DNA of 64,000 bases from Syntrophorhabdaceae bacterium (GTDB lineage: Bacteria; Desulfobacterota; Syntrophorhabdia; Syntrophorhabdales; Syntrophorhabdaceae): positions 1,952,001 to 2,016,000 of the forward strand of contig OY762209.1 in the NCBI GenBank assembly GCA_963665295.1. Reading direction: 5' to 3'. The notes under the pieces were generated by a model. It worked only from the letters and a program-made list of their open reading frames with translations, did not search any database and had not been told where the DNA came from. The position numbers were made by a program, and so were the translations under genes. Positions 59,120 to 64,000 of this stretch are shown in pieces (the first letter of the stretch is position 1; each line of letters begins with the position of its first letter).

Positions 59120-62100
59120 GGAGCGACTCCCTCCTTCTTCATCTTCCTCCCCCGCCAGATCATGAAGATGGAGGGATAAATGATAAGCTCCAGGATCGTC
59201 GAGGTAATCACCCCGCCCACCATGGGCGCGGCAATCCGCTTCATTATGTCCGATCCCGCGCCGTGGCTGAACATGATGGGCACGAGCCCGGCGAGAATGA
59301 CGCAGACGGTCATGATCTTCGGCCGTATCCTTTTCACCGCACCGTGCATGATGGCGTCTTTGAGGCCCTCCATGCTCGTGAGCTTCCCTTCCCGCTTCCA
59401 CTGGTCGTAAGCCAGGTCGAGGTAGAGGAGCATGACCACCCCGGTCTCGGCATCGAGACCGGCCAGGGCGATAATACCCACCCAGACGGCGATGCTCATG
59501 TTGTATCCCAGAAGCCAGAGGAACCAGAAGGAGCCGACGAGAGAGAAGGGGACGGCAAGAAGCACGATGACGGTCTTGGTCACCGACTTGGTATTGAGAT
59601 ATATGAGGACGAAGATGATAAGAAAGGTGAGAGGAATGACCATCTTCAGCCTCTCGTGGGTCTTGACGAGGTATTCGTACTCGCCGCTCCATTCAAGGCG
59701 GTACCCCTCGGGAATTTTGAGGCCGGCCACTTTCTTCTTGGCCTCCTCAACGTAACCGCCGATGTCCCTGCCGCCGAAATCGATGAAGACGTACGCGGCG
59801 AGAAGGCCCTCCTCGCTCTTGATCTGGGTGGGTCCCTTCACGATCTTGATTTCGGCAAGCTGCTCCAGGGGTACCTGGGCAATGACCGGCGAGACGGACG
59901 GGCTTCCTCTCGTTCCTCCCATGCCTCCCGAAGAAGCGGGGGCTTGTATGCCCACAGGCACGAGAACCCGTTTAAGCATATCTATATTACCCCTCAGTTC
60001 CCGGGCATAGCGGACATTCACGGGATAACGCTCCCTGCCCTCGATGGTGGTGGTAAGGTTCATGCCGCCGATGGCGGACTCGATCACTTCCTGCACGTCC
60101 TCCACCGAGAGGCCGTAGCGGGCCGCTTCCTTGCGATTTACCTCGAAATCGAGAAAATACCCCGTGGTGATGCGCTCGGCGTAGGCGCTCCTCGTGCCGG
60201 GGATATCCTTCACGTGATGTTCTATGGCGAGGCCGATTCTCTCTATTTCTTCAAGCTTCGGCCCCAGAACCTTGATACCCACAGGCGTCCTGATACCGGT
60301 GGCGTTCATGTCAACCCTCGCCTTTATAGGCATGGTAAAAGAGTTGGAGACCCCGGGAATGGAGAGAAGGTCGTTCATCTCGTCCTTCAGCTTCTCCACG
60401 GTCATACCCTTCCTCCACTGGGATTCCGGCTTGAGGTTGACGATGGTTTCGAACATTTCGAGGGGCGCGGGGTCCGTTGGTGTCTCGGCCCGTCCGGCCT
60501 TTCCGAAGACGGTGCCCACCTCAGGTATCTTCTTGAGCAGTCTGTCTTGAAGCTGAAGGAGATCGGAAGCCACGGTGATGGAAGCAGCGGGAGCGGTCAC
60601 CGGCATATAGAAGAGGGTCCCCTCGTAGAGGGGCGGCATGAATTCCGTGCCCAGCTTCATGAAGGGATAGACGGAGATTGCGAGGATGATGAATCCCGCG
60701 ATAAGCACCGTCTTTCTGAACTTCAGGGTAAATGACGCCACGGGCTCGTAGGCCCAGTGGAGGGCCCTGCTCACGGGGTTCTTTTCCTCGGGCCTGATCT
60801 TCCCCCGGATGAAAAGAGTCATGAGCACAGGGGTCAGGGTCACGGCCAGGAAGGAGGAAAAGAGCATGGCGAAAGTCTTGGTATAGGCGAGCGGGATAAA
60901 GAGCCTTCCTGCCTGGGCCTGAAGGGAGAAAACGGGCAGGAAGCCTACCATGATGACGAGGAGGGAGAAGAAGAGCGACGGCCCCACCTCCTTCGCCGCC
61001 TCGATAACGATATCGGTCCTCTTCTCCTTCCTGCCTCCCGCCTCCCATTCCTCGAGCTTCTTGTGGGCGTTTTCCACCATGATGATCGATGCGTCCACCA
61101 TGGCCCCTATGGCGATGGCGATGCCCGAGAGGCTCATGATGTTGGAGGTGACATGGAGGTAGTACATGCAGATAAAGGACATGAGGATGGCAATGGGCAG
61201 GGTGAGGATCACCACGAGGGCGCTCGGCAGATGAAAGAGAAAGATGATGCAGACGGCGCTCACCGCGATCGCGAGCTTGACAATCTCTTCCTTGAGCGTC
61301 CCTATGGCATGGCGGATGAGGTCGGAGCGGTCATAAGTAACCACCACCTTTACTCCCTTCGGGAGGGAGGGCTCTATGTCGTGGGCAATCTTCGCCTTCA
61401 CCCGGTCGATCACGTTAAGCACGTTCTCCCCGAACCGGACGACCACGATACCACCGGTCACTTCACCCTTGCCGTCAAGCTCCGCAAGGCCCCTCCTGAT
61501 CTCGGGTCCAAGCTGGACTTTGGCGATATCCTTTAGGTAGATGGGCGTACCCGCGCCGTTTGTGGCAACCGCTATGTCCGTGAGGTCGGAGAGGGTCTTG
61601 ATGTAGCCCCGCCCCCTCACCATGTATTCGATGCCGGAAAATTCGAGGACCCGGCCTTCCACGTCGAGATTGCTTCTTCTGACCGCCTCCATCACCTTCG
61701 TGATAGGGATGTTGTAGGCGAGGAGCCGGTTCGGGTCCAGGGTGATCTGGTACTGCTTCACGAACCCGCCCACGCTCGCCACCTGGGAGACTCCCGGCAC
61801 GCTCTCTATGGCGAGCTTCAGGTTCCAGTCCTGAAGGGAGCGGAGCTGGGCGAGGTCGTGCCCACCCGTCTCGTCAACGAGGGCATAGGAGAAACCCCAC
61901 CCCAAGCTCGTGGCATCGGGGCCGAGCACAGGGTTTATCCCCTGAGGCAGCTTATTCCTCACCGCCTGAAGGTATTCGAGCACCCTGCTTCTCGCCCAGT
62001 AGATGTCCGTTCCTTCATCGAAAATCACATAGATGAAGGAGCTTCCGAGGAAAGAGAAGCCCCGCACTGCCTGGACCTTCGGCGCGGCGAGGAGCGTCGA

Positions 62101-62310
62101 GGTGATGGGGTAGGTGATCTGGTCCTCCACCAGGTCGGGACTCCTTCCGGTCCAGTCCGTGTAAATGATCACCTGGGTGTCGGAGAGGTCGGGGATCGCA
62201 TCGAGGGGGGTCCTGAGTAGAGACCAGTATCCCCACGCGATGGCGAAGAAGACGAGGAGAAAGACCATGAACTTGTTACGGGCGCTTATTTCGATTATTT
62301 TTGCGATCAT
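59116..62310 (-). CDS. cusA: Heavy-metal RND efflux permease, Cu/Ag type
   Basis: DAIPDLSDTQVI, GPDATSLGW, AIAIGAMVDA, EFMP.L.EG...YM, MPIKARVDM, GAVKRIRPKIMT. Confidence 0.95.
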   Translation of the reverse strand: MIAKIIEISARNKFMVFLLVFFAIAWGYWSLLRTPLDAIPDLSDTQVIIYTDWTGRSPDLVEDQITYPITSTLLAAPKVQAVRGFSFLGSSFIYVIFDEGTDIYWARSRVLEYLQAVRNKLPQGINPVLGPDATSLGWGFSYALVDETGGHDLAQLRSLQDWNLKLAIESVPGVSQVASVGGFVKQYQITLDPNRLLAYNIPITKVMEAVRRSNLDVEGRVLEFSGIEYMVRGRGYIKTLSDLTDIAVATNGAGTPIYLKDIAKVQLGPEIRRGLAELDGKGEVTGGIVVVRFGENVLNVIDRVKAKIAHDIEPSLPKGVKVVVTYDRSDLIRHAIGTLKEEIVKLAIAVSAVCIIFLFHLPSALVVILTLPIAILMSFICMYYLHVTSNIMSLSGIAIAIGAMVDASIIMVENAHKKLEEWEAGGRKEKRTDIVIEAAKEVGPSLFFSLLVIMVGFLPVFSLQAQAGRLFIPLAYTKTFAMLFSSFLAVTLTPVLMTLFIRGKIRPEEKNPVSRALHWAYEPVASFTLKFRKTVLIAGFIILAISVYPFMKLGTEFMPPLYEGTLFYMPVTAPAASITVASDLLQLQDRLLKKIPEVGTVFGKAGRAETPTDPAPLEMFETIVNLKPESQWRKGMTVEKLKDEMNDLLSIPGVSNSFTMPIKARVDMNATGIRTPVGIKVLGPKLEEIERIGLAIEHHVKDIPGTRSAYAERITTGYFLDFEVNRKEAARYGLSVEDVQEVIESAIGGMNLTTTIEGRERYPVNVRYARELRGNIDMLKRVLVPVGIQAPASSGGMGGTRGSPSVSPVIAQVPLEQLAEIKIVKGPTQIKSEEGLLAAYVFIDFGGRDIGGYVEEAKKKVAGLKIPEGYRLEWSGEYEYLVKTHERLKMVIPLTFLIIFVLIYLNTKSVTKTVIVLLAVPFSLVGSFWFLWLLGYNMSIAVWVGIIALAGLDAETGVVMLLYLDLAYDQWKREGKLTSMEGLKDAIMHGAVKRIRPKIMTVCVILAGLVPIMFSHGAGSDIMKRIAAPMVGGVITSTILELIIYPSIFMIWRGRKMKKEGVAP

Positions 62311-62330
62311 CAGATTCCCTCCGGTCTCGC

Positions 62331-63641
62331 CTAGTGCCTGTGGCCGCCTGACGGAGCGGCAGCCGGAGCGGGTGCGCCTTTCTTTCCCCTTTCGGGCGCT
62401 TCCACACCCTTGAGTTTCGCTTCCGAATCGATGAGGAAGTTGGCCGATGAGGCTATCCTGTCTCCTGCCTTCAATCCCGAGCTAACCTCGATCATCTTTT
62501 CGCCCCGGACGCCGGTAGTAACCTGACGGGGCTCGAAGACGCCTTCTCCCTTATCCACGTAAACGATCTGCCTGAGCCCCGTGTCGATCACCGCTTCGTC
62601 AGGTACGGCGAGCCTGTTTCCCAGGTTGATCTTGAGCTGCACGTCGGTGAACATCTGAGGCTTCAACTGGCCCCCGTGATTGGGGATGCTGAACCTCACC
62701 TTTGCGGTCCTCGTCTCGGAGGAGAGGGCAGGAGAGACGAACTCTATGCGGGAGGAGAACTCCTTCGCCGGGAAATAGCTGAGCCTGATCTTCGCGGTCT
62801 CGCCCGTACGGATCGAGGGAAGCTCGTATTCGTAAATATCGGCGATAACCCAGACGTTCGAGAGGTCGGAGACGTCGAAGAGCTTCTCACCCCCCATGAC
62901 CTTCATGCCCTGGACCGCGTATTTCTGGAGCACGTAACCGCTCACGGGACTATAGATGGTAAGGGTGCGGATAGGCTTTTCGCTCTCCTCGATCTTCTTT
63001 ATCTGGTCGTCCGAGATATCCCAGAGCCTGAGCCTCTGCCGCGCCGCATCGAGGGTCAATTCGGCGTCCCTTTTGAGCATTGCGGCGAGATCGGGCTCCG
63101 CGCCGGTGCCCGCGGTCCTGAGGGCCTTTCTGTCCGCACTCTTCGCCCAGCGCACGAGGTTGATGAATTCCTGCTGGGTCGCCCACAACTCGGGGCTGTA
63201 GATGTCGGCGAGGCGCTCGCCCTTCTTCACATAGACCCCGGTGAAATTCACATAGAGCTTCTCGATCCATCCTTCTATCTTGGTGTTGACCGTAGTGAGT
63301 CTTCTCTCATCATACTCGATCTTCCCCACGGTCCTGATGATCTTTTCAAGAGGCTGGACGGAGGCTTTCGCGAGCCTTACCCCGATCAGCTGCTGCTTCT
63401 CCAGGGGGATTTCGATGGTGGGGGTCTCCTCGCCCGGCTGTTCCTTTGAAGAGGTTTCAGCAGCCTGGGGCTTTTCCGCCGCCATGCCGGGCATGTTCGC
63501 CATGCCCTGGGAGGACTGGTTCACCGCCGCGGCCTTGTCTACGGCGGGAGATTTCGCCTTCTGCCAGGGCCTTGCGAAGAGGAGCACGATACCCGCCACT
63601 ATTATGACCATGCCGATAACAATGATATTTTTCCGATTCAT
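62331..63641 (-). CDS. cusB: Heavy-metal RND membrane fusion protein
   Basis: KIEGWIEKL, IYSPEL..TQ.E, SPVSG, LKP.MF, FLIDSE; Met-rich N-terminal segment. Confidence 0.9.
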   Translation of the reverse strand: MNRKNIIVIGMVIIVAGIVLLFARPWQKAKSPAVDKAAAVNQSSQGMANMPGMAAEKPQAAETSSKEQPGEETPTIEIPLEKQQLIGVRLAKASVQPLEKIIRTVGKIEYDERRLTTVNTKIEGWIEKLYVNFTGVYVKKGERLADIYSPELWATQQEFINLVRWAKSADRKALRTAGTGAEPDLAAMLKRDAELTLDAARQRLRLWDISDDQIKKIEESEKPIRTLTIYSPVSGYVLQKYAVQGMKVMGGEKLFDVSDLSNVWVIADIYEYELPSIRTGETAKIRLSYFPAKEFSSRIEFVSPALSSETRTAKVRFSIPNHGGQLKPQMFTDVQLKINLGNRLAVPDEAVIDTGLRQIVYVDKGEGVFEPRQVTTGVRGEKMIEVSSGLKAGDRIASSANFLIDSEAKLKGVEAPERGKKGAPAPAAAPSGGHRH

Positions 63642-64000
63642 CTCGCTCCACCCCCGATCATGTCAGCCGTCGCCGTAAGTGCGTGAAGGCGGGCGATCGC
63701 CTTTTCGTGCTCCGTATGCTGGTTCCAGTAGAGAAGCTCCACATCAAGAAAGGTCTTGAGCCGGGTTACGACAGTAATGGCCTCCGTTTTGCCCGCCACA
63801 TATCCCGACAGTCCGAGCTGCACGTCCTGCTGCGCCTTCGGTATGAGGGCGTCTTTATAGAGGGTCATGAGCCTCCCCGCAGAGGTCTCCATGGAATAGC
63901 TCTCCCTGACCGACGAGGCGAGCATGAGCTCGGTGGCCTGAAGTTCGCTCTTCGCCTCGTTCACAAGGGCGTTGGCTTCGAGCGTCGCCTGGTCCTGCTT
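63638..64000 (-). CDS. TolC-family outer membrane factor (CusC-like), partial
   Basis: LY...LIP.A......Y..GK....V..A.A.L..L helical repeat; precedes cusB; 5' part lies outside the window. Confidence 0.8.
   Translation of the reverse strand, partial: KQDQATLEANALVNEAKSELQATELMLASSVRESYSMETSAGRLMTLYKDALIPKAQQDVQLGLSGYVAGKTEAITVVTRLKTFLDVELLYWNQHTEHEKAIARLHALTATADMIGGGAR

Overview
Mostly core and metabolic chromosome of a GC-rich bacterium. Gene content (FixC plus ferredoxin-fused ETF, HDOD protein, DUF748, PAS-LuxR) suggests an anaerobic deltaproteobacterial/Desulfobacterota syntroph; this is inference. Main blocks: etfB-etfA(Fd)-fixC; a complete aroF-aroB-aroD-aroE/K-aroA-aroC-pheA-tyrA operon; assorted signalling, envelope and enzyme genes; queA-tgt-yajC-rpsF-(ssb/priB-like)-rpsR-rplI-dnaB; thrS-infC-rpmI-rplT-pheST-ihfA-merR; two IS630 elements with integrase and IS256 debris; and a cusCBA-type efflux operon. 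The best candidate new system is an attenuator upstream of aroF that the ORF track misses: a probably leaderless 31-aa peptide with a YYYFWYWY run, an antiterminator, and two tandem terminators that appear linked by a strand-swap relay. Second is a structured ~85-bp dispersed and tandem repeat family at three loci. No rRNA, tRNA or CRISPR array was recognised.
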